A DNA stretch of 64,000 nt from Octopus sinensis (taxonomy: Eukaryota), in contig NC_043010.1 of NCBI RefSeq assembly GCF_006345805.1, positions 40,610,001-40,674,000 of the forward strand, written 5' to 3'. The notes beneath the pieces were generated by a model that was not told where the DNA came from, did no database searches, and saw nothing but the letters and a program-made list of their open reading frames with translations. Shown one piece after another: positions 38,653 through 51,438 of the stretch (positions are counted from its first letter, which is position 1; each line of letters begins with the position of its first letter). A program made the translations under genes and the position numbers.

Positions 38653-40469
38653 AATATGCATATATATATCCTTATTAATCAACAATGCACAACTTAATGT
38701 GATTCCTGAGCTGTCAACAGAAAGTGGGATTCATAGTTATTTCTCACCACATTTAAACTATAAACACCAGTTTGCATAAAATATCATCTTAGATATACTG
38801 TGGAACAACACTATAGCCTTTCTCTGTCTTGTTAAATCATGAATGTTGGCGAAGGAATTACCAGACCCAATAATTTTGCTAAGGATGTTGGAAGATCTCA
38901 ACTGGATACTATGCCAACTTTTACTGCCCGAGTAAAGGGTATAGGTGTTTGCAGTCTATGTTTCCTTCTGTTTCTCTCCGGTGTGTAGAACTCAGGCTCC
39001 TGGATGACAATTAATTTATTAAATACAGAAATAGTCATTTCTGCCCAATGCAGTACAGGTCTCGCGTGTGGTAGCCAGCTAGAGTGTTAGTCTTGGAGCT
39101 ATGTCTTACAAACACTAGTCATACAAAACTAGAAATCTTCAAGAGTATTTGTCGACTCTCTCCACATGCTTGATACACCCAAGTTTAATATAGTTCTTCT
39201 ATCGTTAATTTATTACTTCGCATTCACGAATCTATCCAAAAACACCAATTGATGGATCTATCGTTTGCTCTAAAGGTCCGATTTAACTCCAAAATAGAGC
39301 AATATGCAACTCTAACAAAGTATCTCGTACGCTGCATTCTCATATGTAACAGGATCCAGTCTGTGTTTGCAAGTTCTACACTCATTCGCACTAACCAAAT
39401 TAGACGACAATTGTCCTTATCTACGATATGTTACCATGCAGATAAACATCAAACGGGAATAACCTGCAATCTTGCAGGTTATTCTGTCGTACAGAGAATA
39501 ACCTGCAATGCTTGAAAAGTTATGGAATAGGAAGAACAGTTTGAAAAGTATATTTTTTAATAATCTTTTCAGCCTGCTTCGTATATAACCCTAACTTTAA
39601 AAGGGTGCAGGTATGTGCTCCCATATTTATTTTGTTAGTGGTTTTATTTTCTGTTATTGAGACTTAATGGAAACTCAGTTTTATGGTTAATTACTAAGTT
39701 ATCTGACACATGGAAGCTCATACCACCAGCCACTTTGGAAAATTATAAACAATGATATATTCGTATCTGTTCTCTTCTTTCCATAACTTCTAAAAGATTA
39801 CAGATTATTCTTTGCAGGAAGTAGTCCATAAGTATGTCACCCTTTAGACATTTAATAATAATTGTCACTTGATATTTTATCATCTTAAAACCTTACATCA
39901 CATACTATTTCGGCCACAGAGAGCTAAGCTCTGCTATATCTTATATGATGGAGTAAGTATCTGTGTTTATTATAAAATTGGTATCTAGCAGGCTTCTTTT
40001 CCCATTCTTTCACTATAATATAGCAACAAGTTAGTTGTAGCGTTTTAGTTTTGTAAGAAATATTTAAAAAATAAACACCTGTCATCTTCAAAATGTCTTG
40101 GAGGCACTACATCATTTTAAATGAACAGAATGGTTTGGAACTATGAATTAATACTGTCTATAATTTTCATAAAAATGCCAAAGATTTGTAATTCGGATGT
40201 GTGGCCAGCAGTTTTTAGTGACAATAGTTGACGTGTTAGACAAAACTCGTCAAATTTAGTCAGTAAACACCATAATTATATCAAAACCGATTCCACCTTC
40301 ATAACATATATCCACACAAACACACGCATATTTACGCTCACAACAAATCGGTAACTGTTCATTATATATGCAAATGTGCACAGTAGCATTCACACGCATA
40401 CACGTGCATAGATTTAGGCACATTTGTAAATATATGCATCTGCATATATACGCATATATATATATATGA

Positions 40470-40522
<53 letters not shown>

Positions 40523-40764
40523 ATTATACGCACGTGTGTGTGTATATATTATATATGTGTGCATGATTAAGGGTATTAAAAATTCAGAGATTTTTCACTT
40601 ATCAATTCATAGGATCAGCGTTTGTGGTGATTTCTGCCGTCAAAATCAGATTCACAATAATGAAAAGCAAATCACGCTAACGAGATAGCAACTACACACA
40701 CACACACACATACACACACACATCCATACACAAACATATATATGTACGTGTGTGTGAGTGCGTG

Positions 40765-40805
<41 letters not shown>

Positions 40806-40864
40806 GTATGTATGTATGTATGTATGTATGTATATATATATATATCTATATATATATATATATA

Positions 40865-41017
40865 GGCCGTGTGGTAGGAATCTTCCCAACCACATGTTTC
40901 CGAGTTCAAACCCATTGCGTGGTATCTTGGGAAAGTGTCTTCTACTATTGCCTCGGGCCAACTAAAGCCTTGTCAGTGCATTTAGTAGATAGAAACTGAA
41001 AGAAGTCTGTCGCATAT

Positions 41018-41052
<35 letters not shown>

Positions 41053-41270
41053 TATATACATGTGCGTGTGCTTGTGTGTCTGTGTGTCGCCTGGCAACCT
41101 ATGCTGGTGTATTTACGTCCCCGTAATCTGGAGGTTCGGCAAAAGACACCGATAGAATAAGTACTAGGATTACAAAGAATAAGTCCTGAGTTTCATTTGT
41201 CCGACTAAAGGCGGTGCTCCAGCAATACTGCAGTCAAATGGACTGAAACAAGTTAAAGAATAAAATAATA
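40865..41270 (+). mobile_element. SINE family D with internal microsatellite
   Basis: Colinear with the reverse complement of 59513-59948. (TA)/(TG) core at about 41013-41088. Confidence 0.85.
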
Positions 41271-41754
41271 TGAAGAATATATATGTGTAATAAAATATTC
41301 ATAAAATACATCATACAATTCGGCTAGACAAATGTAGATATACCATATAAGTAAATACGATAAATCAGGGAAAGGAGAAAGATAGAAATGTTACAAGAGA
41401 CCAAAATAATAGAATCATACATATATAACAAGCTTATATAGTTAATGAAGTAGTACGTTATGGATAATACCCTAGGGATAGACAAATGCAAATTTTAATG
41501 AAATCAATTCGCCATAAAATATAAGTATCGTGTAGGATGGTGTACACGGTTTTATGCTTGTATTATCCGCACAATAAAGTTGTTATGGAAATACATTGAC
41601 ATACAGACATAAATAAACAAATGAATATACATATATATACATATACCTGTATATATACATGTATATACCTATGTATGTATGCATATGTAGGGGTGGTTGT
41701 ATATATCATTGTATGTGTAGAGGTGCATGTATACATAATTATATAGACAGATAT

Positions 41755-42236
41755 GTCCTGGGTAAGACACAAAACTGAAACCGGTGGTAAAGCTCCAGTT
41801 CGGGAAAACAGGAGTTATGGGGAGCGTGGAGACACCCCTTAGTTGCCATTTCTCCCAGGTCCGCTCTGGTCCCGAATGGTAGCACCTGTGAGGGTCCTAA
41901 CAATGGGTAAAAACTGGACCCTCCTCTGCTGCTTTGCAGGATACCTCTTTAGGCTAAGGCTACGAGAAGGAATCTTCAGTCCTCAACGGTTGATCAGGCA
42001 GACGAAACGACATCTATGTCTCTCAATGGCTGTGGCAGCGGAAGAAAGCTATGCCAAGCGGTCTGGCTACAACAAGGCGTAGTCTAAAAGATATGATCCA
42101 CGGCAGATCGCTGCAACTCACAGGTCAAAGTCTGTACGTCTCCTCTTCTGAAGGCCTCTTCTGATGGCCTCTTCTGAGCTAAGTGAGTGGGCCTGGCAAG
42201 TGGCAGTCCACCTTAAATCACACCATGGCATCGGAT
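41755..42236 (+). mobile_element. Probable SINE-like interspersed repeat, family not assigned
   Basis: GC-rich island between microsatellites, ending in (AGAC)n. Single copy in the window, no coding motif recognised. Confidence 0.4.
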
Positions 42237-42559
42237 AGACAGACAGACACAGAGATACACAAGCAGGTAGATAGGAGGGTGGGTCGGTAGGTAAGTAGGT
42301 AGATAGGCAGATATACCTATATGCATGTGCATATATATATATATATACTACATACACATATTGCTTATATATGTGTGCAAGTGTGTGTGTTTATGTGGGT
42401 GGATGTGAGTATGTGTGTGCGTGTATTCGAAAGACTTCTTTATGTTCCATATACAAGATCCACACACAAGGTTCTTGTTGCCCCTAGGCCACAGTAATAA
42501 ACACAACTCAAAGTGACTGAACCCCAAACTAACTCACAACTACGCTCACCAATGACTGG

Positions 42560-42930
42560 CCCTCTTTCCGCACATTTTTGTTGAATGCTGCCAAAAGGCA
42601 TGACAGCTTATCTGCATTAACTGTTCCATTTTAGTTTAACACTTTATGGTATACAACAGCCTTTATATTCCAATTTATAATAGACAACACCCTTTATATC
42701 CCACCAAATGTCTTTTGAGTGTAGTCCTGGTCTTGCAATGGGTGCCAACCATTGTCGTTTCCGTTGGATATGATTAGGGAGAATCGACTTTTTATCACTT
42801 GTAATGATTCTACCCAAGATACGTCCGATGGCAGCTGTACACTCCAACGTATTAAATTTTTTATTAAACTGAGAAGAAATCAGGTAATCAGAGATCCACT
42901 CACCAAGTCTGGACACATTTCCTAATTCAT
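42560..42930 (-). pseudogene. mariner (DD34D) transposase remnant
   Basis: LGRIITSDKKSIL..HIQRKRQWL..RPGLHSK..IWWDIKGVVYY resembles ITGDEKW..KRQW..PGLHPKK..WWD. Confidence 0.8.
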
Positions 42931-42945
42931 GAAACTTGTCTTGAA

Positions 42946-44282
42946 TTGAACTGCATCAGAGATAATTTTGAAGCATACAGAACTGTTCAAAACGTTAGTA
43001 AGCAACGCTCTGGAAGACCACGAACATCCACCAGCCGTAATGGACACAACAAATTAATGGAAACCTTTTCCCGATCCACAAAGAAGTCCGTAAGACAAAT
43101 GAGTCGTGATATAGGAATCCCAAAATCGAGTGTTCATTGGATGTTGAAACGAGCTCATTGGAAAAGTTACGATCCAACATTAATTCAAACCTTCAATGAA
43201 GATGATCCTGATCGGAGAGTTCAATATTGCGAATGGTATCTGAATAAATTCGCAGAGGATGCAACGTTTCCAGAGAGAATCATATGGATCGATGAGGCCA
43301 CCATCAAGTTAAATGGTTCAGGCGGCGAGCTGGCAGAAACGTTAGCACGCCGGGCGAAATGCTTAGCGGTATTTCGTCTGCGTTACGTTGTGAGTTCAAA
43401 TTCCGCCGAGGTCGACTTTGCCTTTCATCCTTTCGGGGTCGATAAATTAAGTACCAGTTACGCACTGGAGTCGATGTAATCGACTTAATACTTGTCTGAA
43501 CTTGTTTGTCCCCTCTGTGTTTAGCCCCTTGTGGGTAATAAAGAAATAGGTTCAGCCAACCGACATAATTGCACATACTGGGCTCGTGAAAATCTACATT
43601 TTAATATGGAACACCATCTGAACTTACCAGGCGTTACAGTGTGGTGTGGGATGTCAACATTGGGTATCGTTGGACTTTTTTTTTTTTTTTTTTGACCAAA
43701 CTGTCAGTGGACCAGTTTACTGAAACTTACTGATGGAAAATGTCGGTCCACGAATTGAAGAGGTGTTTGGGGACGAGGAGATTTACTTCAAGCAAGATAG
43801 AGCTCCTTCTCACTACTATCGTGATGTACGGACTTACCTCCATGCAACAAATTCAAACAAATGGATTGGGAGGAGAAGTAGCGTTGACTTTCCTGCACGT
43901 TCCCCAGACCTCACACGAATGGATATTTTTATGGGGACATCTCAAAGATAAGGTTTACGCTGCAAAATTGATGATTCGAAAAATAAAATTCGAATACAAT
44001 GAAATGTTTGGCAATGTTGTTGTTGAATCCATTGTTGGACGTTATCAGCTTTGTTTGGAAAACGAAGGAAGGCAGTTTGGACATTTGCGAACACGCAGAA
44101 ATGAGAGAGAACATTAAATAATTCTAAATGACAATAAATAATCGTTTCTACAACAATATATTTTCCTGAATTTAATTTAACTTTTTAGGATTGTATGTAT
44201 ATCAATAAACATCTACTTGAACACAAATTACATGAGTACTGGGAAGTCAGAGAGTGAATACGTCTTTTTGGGACACCCTGTA
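42946..44282 (+). mobile_element. Tc1/mariner (rosa/DD41D-like) element, decayed and interrupted by a SINE
   Basis: [22 protein letters not shown]|[50 protein letters not shown]. Right TIR ..TTTTGGGACACCCTG-TA. Confidence 0.88.
43321..43548 (+). mobile_element. SINE family A, full length with Tx1-type tail (tail A)
   Basis: A box TGGCAGAAACGTT, B box GAGTTCAAATTCC, central GCCTTTCATCCTTTCGGGGTCGATAAA domain. TSD GGTTCAG at 43315-43321 and 43549-43555. Confidence 0.93.
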
Positions 44283-44293
44283 TATGTGAATAA

Positions 44294-44354
<61 letters not shown>

Positions 44355-45018
44355 TATATATATGTATGTATATGCATGTATGTATGTATGTATGTATGTA
44401 TGTATGTATGTATGTATATCCGTCAACAACATTATATCTAAATGTTTTCGATGGATTATTTGCCCGTAATAACCCTCCCTAATTCCGATTCAAAATCATG
44501 CGTTTGCAGTAAAAACTGTTTCATCACAAACAAATATAAACCACAAACTTTAGCCGTTAGCCAAAGGAAGATTTGCAGTGAAAACCAATTAAGCATGCTG
44601 TCAATGACATTTCAACATGTACTTAAAGAAAGCAGTATGGAAACAAAATTTTTTTTTTCTGTGTTTTCTTATTTAATATAACGAATGAGGGCTTTGGCAC
44701 TAAATTATTACATTTCACCACGATAATATGATGAATTGGCTACGGAATCCGTACCCGCTTCTACTGCCAGTTACTGAATCACAAACACGCGCGGGCGCGT
44801 ATTTATACACACACACACACATACATGCATGTGTGTGAGTGTGCGTTTTTTACATATATCTAAAGATGCAGTCGGGATATATGCATGTGTAAGTGTATAT
44901 GTGTGCGTATGTGTGTCTACGCACATGTGTGTATACTTGTGCGTAATATATCCATGAATTTATACATTTGAATATATGTAAATATGCACATGCATAAATA
45001 TATATATATATATATATA

Positions 45019-45092
<74 letters not shown>

Positions 45093-45236
45093 TACATGTA
45101 GTAACATATATTTACATATACATGCACATACACAAACACACATGTGTATGAGTTTCTGTATATATATGATATATATATATATATATTATATATATATACA
45201 TACATACATACATACATACATACATACATACATACA

Positions 45237-45268
<32 letters not shown>

Positions 45269-45304
45269 GAAATAAGACGTATATTCCCACGCAGGAGAAT
45301 ATAC

Positions 45305-45625
45305 GAGAATTTGTTTTTGAAAATGCACCTGAATTTGGAAAACATAGTTGTTTTTAAATAGATTTCATCACATACATACCCACTTAGTTTCAACAATTTT
45401 TTTGGTTTATGAATGGTACAATTGTATATAAAACAATGGGATTTTTAAAAAGTTTAAAATCATTAAGTAGAAATCGAGCAAACATGTTTAAACGATCACA
45501 TGTTCGCATGAGATTCAATGAGTTTCACAGGGATAGATAATGTCAAGTAAACGTTAGACGAAGAATGTAATAAAAGTTCGTTACTAAAAGTTCGGTTATA
45601 TTGAGATTTTAAAGAATATATGGGC

Positions 45626-45664
<39 letters not shown>

Positions 45665-46170
45665 GAAATTTTTTTTTACAGTGTCTTTTATCGTACCTGT
45701 AGTTCTTTTTTCTGTCAAGTACCGGATTCTGCGTTTTTAATAGAGATTTCCCCCATCCCCATTAAAGGCGTAGAACCCATTAGGTGACGGAAAAAAGATA
45801 CACGCACGACAGAAACTCTAAAATAAAGTATTGTTTTCTGTTCTCTTTCCTTTTTTCTCTCTCTCGTCCACAATGTCTATAAAAACTCAATACGACCGAA
45901 TTTTTAGCAGTGTACGTTTATTATATTCTTTGACATTAACTATTCCTGTGAAACTCATTGGATTTTATGTGAACATTTGATTGTTTAAACATGTTTGTGT
46001 GATTTCTACTTCGTAATTAAAACTCTTAAAATCCCATTGTTTTATATACATTTGTACCCTTGATAAGCAAAAAGATGTTGAAACTAGTATGGTACTTATA
46101 TGAATAAATTTGTTTATAAAAAACTACACGTTTTTCATAGTCATGTGAATTTCAAAAATCAAATTCTCCG
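45305..46170. mobile_element. Decayed foldback element with about 350-bp inverted arms
   Basis: GTATATAAAACAATGGGATTTT, AAACATGTTTAAAC and CAATGAGTTTCACAGG are mirrored at 45845-46170. Confidence 0.85.
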
Positions 46171-46212
46171 ATGTGTGTGTGTGTGTGTTTTACACTAAAT
46201 ACAGAATTTTGT

Positions 46213-46940
46213 GCACGGCATGTTGTAGTTCAATTGAACATGTCATCTTGGCACAAATGAGGCTGGACATGTTATTAGAATGAAAGATGAGCGATTGCCA
46301 ATACATCCTTTTATGGTGAACTCAACTCTGGTAAGCGACCACAACATAAACCGAGGAAAAGGTATAAAGACTGCGTGAAGGAAAACCGGAAGAAACTAAA
46401 TATAAAAACAAAAATAATTGTGAAACATGCCCTAGCTCGGAACAATTGGAGAGGTGCTATAAGGACCCTTTGCAACGCCTGAGAGGAAAAGATGATTCAA
46501 TGCTCTGAGTTTAAAAGGGCCTGTCGGAAAGGAACGATTGGAATCGAAATCAACAGTGAATATTGGATGTGTATTATGATTGATCGTGTTCTGTTGTCAG
46601 GATAAGCGAATCATATGACATCACATGGAAATCGAAATGTCCAGGTCGGTAATAATCTTGGAGTGCCAACCATCTCTTACAACTTGTGTTATGTGTCACA
46701 AAACTTGTAAGACAAATGCTTGTTCACAAAAGCATTCTTTCAGAGACAGATTCCAAACGGCAAAGATGTAGACGAAACTTGAATAATATGTCACTTATGT
46801 TTTAAACTCTGCCACTCAGCAACTGATCTTAAAAGTTATGTGAGGGCTCATCAGTGGAGAGGTTGTGCTGTGTGAGGATGTGTGGTGTGTGTGTTAATGG
46901 GATGGCTATCTGTCAAGATTAAGTAATCATCATCATCATC
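46213..46940 (+). mobile_element. RTE-clade LINE 3' fragment with decayed C2H2 fingers
   Basis: AGHVIRMKDERLP..FYGELNSGKRPQHKPRKRYKDCVK, then CVMCHKTCKTNA and ICHLCFKLCHSATDLKSYVRAH. (ATC)n tail. Confidence 0.8.
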
Positions 46941-47055
46941 GTGTGTGTGTGTATGCGTTTGTGCATATGTATATTCATATATATATATATATATATAAAC
47001 TTACTTGGAAATGGATATATATATATATATATGTATAAGTATATATATATATATA

Positions 47056-47100
<45 letters not shown>

Positions 47101-47715
47101 GATGTATATATTTGTGAATATATGTGTACAGGATGTCACCTGTAAGCAACATGAAATATGAAAACAAAGGAGTTAAATACGCAAATAACGAGAGAGAAAA
47201 AAATGGAGAACAATATTTTTGCGATCACTACACTGTATCAGCGCTAGAACTCTCTCCCGCAAACCATAGTACACGTTTTATCTCTTTCAACAATCAATTT
47301 CACTCCTCTTTAGAATTCACCTATATTTCTAATACTGCATTTAACTTTTTATCAACATCTATTACCATCAATCGCCTTCTCAGAACCTCACCATCTCCAC
47401 TGAACATTAATTTGACTTTGACTTCGCGTCGTCTTTCCCTTCTACTCATGACAATCATTCCACGCTTTTCCTCAATTATTCTGCTACTACCCCCTCAGTA
47501 GCTGCAAGCATGATGTTCAGACACTTTTCCTACATATAGAATGCATGCCCTTGGCATTGTATGTATCCATGTATATGTATGTGTGTGAGTGTGTATATGC
47601 GTGTGAAAAATACTATGTGTAAGCTTTAAAAAATAACATGAAAATATTTCGGTCTTTCTTTTAGTAAATTTCTATGATTAATTGTGGGCAGCTACATTTC
47701 AAAGCTATTTTTTAC

Positions 47716-47825
<110 letters not shown>

Positions 47826-48325
47826 GTAGGTACATAGACAGATTCATACATACGTTGATATAAGTCTCTGTGTGTGTGCATGTCTGTGTGTAAACATTGA
47901 TAGTCATGTTCGGTTGACAGTAACGTAGATTCACATATAAATCATTAATTTTTTTCTTTTTGTTTTGTAGGTTTTTTTTTTGTAATATTGATATTCTTTG
48001 TGTTCGATTTAAAACAAATGGCCTTGTGGTGACAGTTAATGAAAATTCAACTTTGTTTAAAACCACACGAATGCTTTGGGTTACATTATATTGCCTCCAT
48101 TGCTAACGTAAAATAAACTTTAATGTTGTATGAATTCCATCGAATAAAATTCGCAAATGTGGGAAAATCGCCAAGTTCTTCAATAATAATTAACTAAATT
48201 GTTCCTACGGCTGTGAGAATTGGCAGACGTTACAAAATGGCGCATTTAAATGGCTTGTGATGTTTATTGTAGTCTCATCTGTGCATCTAAGTATCGTGTT
48301 CAATTATTATCGTAGATATTCGTGT

Positions 48326-48384
<59 letters not shown>

Positions 48385-48804
48385 TGTTGTTGCTGTCACC
48401 ATTGTTCAAAACCAGGTCAGATCCGAGCGAGCAGACTAATCATATAAGAAGCGTTCTACCCTTGCCAGTTTTGTCCCATTCAGAGATACGCAAATAAGAA
48501 CCACATTATTAACAAATATTTCCTTTACGCTTAAGTTGTTGGGTTTGAGATTAATTGAAGTATAGTGATTCGGCGGAGTAGAGTTAGAAGTAATAAGCAC
48601 ACCTCCCTCGTAATATACCGTCGAATCAGTCCTACATAGAACATACCTCTAAAAAATACGGTACAATGGCTGAATGAATACTTACGATCATTAGTGTTTG
48701 GGGTCAAGATGGCGACAAGTTTAACAGTAAATTAATGACTCAAGGAATCACACATACGCAAATGAATACACATACGCACAAGCCGGCGCATCCACACATA
48801 CATA

Positions 48805-48933
<129 letters not shown>

Positions 48934-48963
48934 TACTTTATTTAAAGCAGCAGAAAATTCAAC

Positions 48964-49010
48964 AAAACCTGTTACTCTGAGCTTCCCGTTGCCGTTCATC
49001 GGACAGTTTT
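48964..49010 (-). ncRNA. Minimal hammerhead motif, U4C variant (decayed)
   Basis: AAAACTGT-CCGATGA-ACG gcaa CGG-GAAG-CTCAGAG-TA-ACAGGTTTT. Confidence 0.55.
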
Positions 49011-49069
49011 TGCTAGAATCGGTTATATATATATATAATATATATATGTATATATATATATATGTATGT

Positions 49070-50380
49070 ATAAAATATATATATAAAAATACAAAATTGG
49101 GACAAGAACGCAAAACACTCAGAGACGACACAAAAAACGGACGGGTCATTCGAAGCCTCTAATCTTCAGTCAAGAACCGGATCATCCTCGCAACTTCGGC
49201 TGATTAATCTTGAGATCGCTCCGATCCGACCAGCCCCAAGGAAAAACTAAGTTACGAACATTAGATTTCTTGGAAAAAGGATCGAATGTATGCGAAACAA
49301 GGACAGAAAAACGGACGATGCCATACGAATATAAATACAAAAAACAATAATAGTAATAACAGGACAAAAACAGCGGGTGTCTTACGAATTTAGACAGTTC
49401 AACTTAGCTTAGCTGGCGTATTTGGAAAAAATGCCTTTACGGCAGACGAAGAAATCGATGTTGTCGTGGTGGTGGTCAGAAGCCGAAAGGCTAGTTGACT
49501 GGCGGTCACGTGAGAGGAGAAGAGAGAGAAAAAAAGGGGGCAAAGGAATCAAAGAGAGAGAGAAAAAGAGGGACAAAGGCACCAAAGGGGAGGGGGAGAA
49601 GAGAGAGAAAGAAGGAATTAAAGAGGGGAGAAGAAAGAGAGCGTGCCAAGGATTGGCTTGACGACAGAAACAGTGAGGTGCAAAGTGAGAAAGACAGAGA
49701 AATGTGAGAGAGTGAGGGAAGAGGAGACCAAAGAATCAGAGGCGAGAAAAGTGAAAGACAGAGACTAGTGAAGTATAGGGAAAGTGTGTGAAGAAGTCGT
49801 ACGATAATCGAATGCTTACATACATAAGAGAACAAGATATACGTTACGCCGCAATAATATATGTATAAAAAATATATATAAAAATACAAAATGGGACAAG
49901 AACGCAAAACACTCAAAGAGACGACACAAAAAACGGACGGGTCATTCGAAGCCTCTAATCTTCAGTCAAGAACCGGATCATCCTCGCAACTTCGGCTGAT
50001 TAATTTTGAGATCGCTCCGATCCGACCAGCCCCAAGGAAAAACTAAGCTACGAGCATTAGATTTCTTGGAAAAAGGATCGAATGTATGCGAAACAAGGAC
50101 AGAAAAACGGACGATGCAATACGAATATAAATACAAAAAACAATAATAGTAATAACAAGACAAAAACAGCGGGCGTCTTACGACTTTAGACAATTCAACT
50201 TAGCTTAGCTGGCGTATTTGGAAAAAAATACCTTTACAGCAGACGAAGAAATCAATGTTCTCGTGGCACTGGTCAGAAGCCGAAAGGCTGGTTGACCAGC
50301 GACACGTGAGAGGAGAAGAGAGAGAAAAAAAGGGGGCAAAGGAATCAAAGAGAGAGAGAAAAAGAGGGACAAAGGCACCA
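49070..50380. repeat. Partial tandem of a structured about 520-bp non-coding repeat
   Basis: 49070-49590 and 49862-50380 are colinear with scattered substitutions. Confidence 0.9.
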
Positions 50381-50477
50381 GGGTAAGCACATAAATGTGA
50401 AACAAGGTGAGAAAAAATAGTACTCAAATACCATAGGTAGAGTAATATGCTTTATTTAAAGGCAGCAGAAATATAAG

Positions 50478-50524
50478 AAAAGCCGTTACTCAGAGTTTCA
50501 CGTTCCCGTTCGTCGGCCAGTTTT
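50478..50524 (-). ncRNA. Minimal hammerhead motif, U4C variant
   Basis: CCGACGA-ACG ggaa CGT-GAAA-CTCTGAG-TA. Inverted truncated copy on + at 50604-50629. Confidence 0.65.
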
Positions 50525-50625
50525 GTTAATTGAGAAAGATAGCTGCGCATGCTATGCCTATGATCCACTATAGTTTGTTTTCTTTCTCAATTAACAAAAC
50601 TCTCCGACGAACGGGAACGTGAAAC

Positions 50626-51062
50626 TCTCCTGGGGCTAAAAAGCTACAGTAACACTCCCACCCCCAGTGGTTAGCCATACTAAGATGGCTAGTATACTTT
50701 ACGTTGTCGAGCGCTTACTGTTTACATCTCGCTCAGAGATTTATTATTGCTTTCAGACCGTTTTTCGAAATCAGTGACAGTGGTTACTGGGAAAAACATT
50801 AAATAGATATTCGCAAACAGGTCTCTCTTATCGAAAACCCGTGATTAGCGGGTGTTGACAAGAGACAATAATCTCGAAACTGCAGTCCATGCGTATCACT
50901 TAGGTTTTCGAGAGGGGATGACCTCCCTTTGCGAATATCATTAAAGGGCACAGGATTGTGTCTAAAGCCAGCTGGAGACGATGATCTCCTGGGGTTAAAA
51001 AGCTACAGTAACACCCCCCACCCCCAGTGGTTAGCCATATTAAGATAGCTAGTATACTTTAC
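50626..51062 (+). mobile_element. Terminally redundant 359-nt retrozyme/Penelope-like unit
   Basis: 77-78-bp direct repeats at 50626-50702 and 50985-51062. Internal hammerhead and nested helices. Ends in (TA)n. Confidence 0.8.
50848..50894 (+). ncRNA. Minimal hammerhead ribozyme, U3-A8 variant
   Basis: GCGGGTG-TTGACAA-GAGA caataa TCTC-GAAA-CTGCAG-TC-CATGCGT. Predicted cut after 50887. Confidence 0.8.
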
Positions 51063-51077
51063 ATTATATATATATAT

Positions 51078-51403
51078 AAACAATTGCAGCGTGGAAGGTG
51101 TTTGTAAGCCATTTAAGAAACACACAAAAGCCGTTCGATTCGCTTCAACATTTAAGTTTAATTTGTCAAAATATTTTCATCGCTAAAATCCGCGACCTGT
51201 TCACTGACAAAAATCCGCCAGTGAACAGGCCGCAGATTTTAGCGCTGAAAATATTTTGACAAATTAAACTTAAATGTTGAAGCGAATCGAACAACTTTTG
51301 TGTGTTTCTTAAATGGCTTACAAACACCTTCCACGCTGCAATTGCTTTCGTTTCAGCACACGATCTCAGATCAAATTACTTGCTATGCGAGTACATCTCC
51401 GTA

Positions 51404-51404
<1 letters not shown>
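51078..51404. mobile_element. Head-to-head inverted pair (about 130-bp arms) of a hammerhead-bearing repeat, in (TA)n
   Basis: 51081-51206 mirrors 51219-51345. The + copy continues to ..CATCTCCGTAA. Confidence 0.9.
51162..51211 (-). ncRNA. Minimal hammerhead ribozyme, G3-C8 variant
   Basis: TTTGTCA-GTGAACA-G-GTCGC ggatttta GCGAT-GAAA-ATAT-TT-TGACAAA. Perfect 7-bp stem I, palindromic AATATT stem III. Confidence 0.75.

Positions 51405-51438
<34 letters not shown>

Noticed and set aside
38700-39400. Possible decayed Penelope GIY-YIG coding remnant on the minus strand
   Set aside because: Only a weak TGVY..KCG resemblance across frameshifts. It needs a profile search.
41840-41910. HDV-like ribozyme
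   Set aside because: Could not place P1, the L3 consensus and P1.1.
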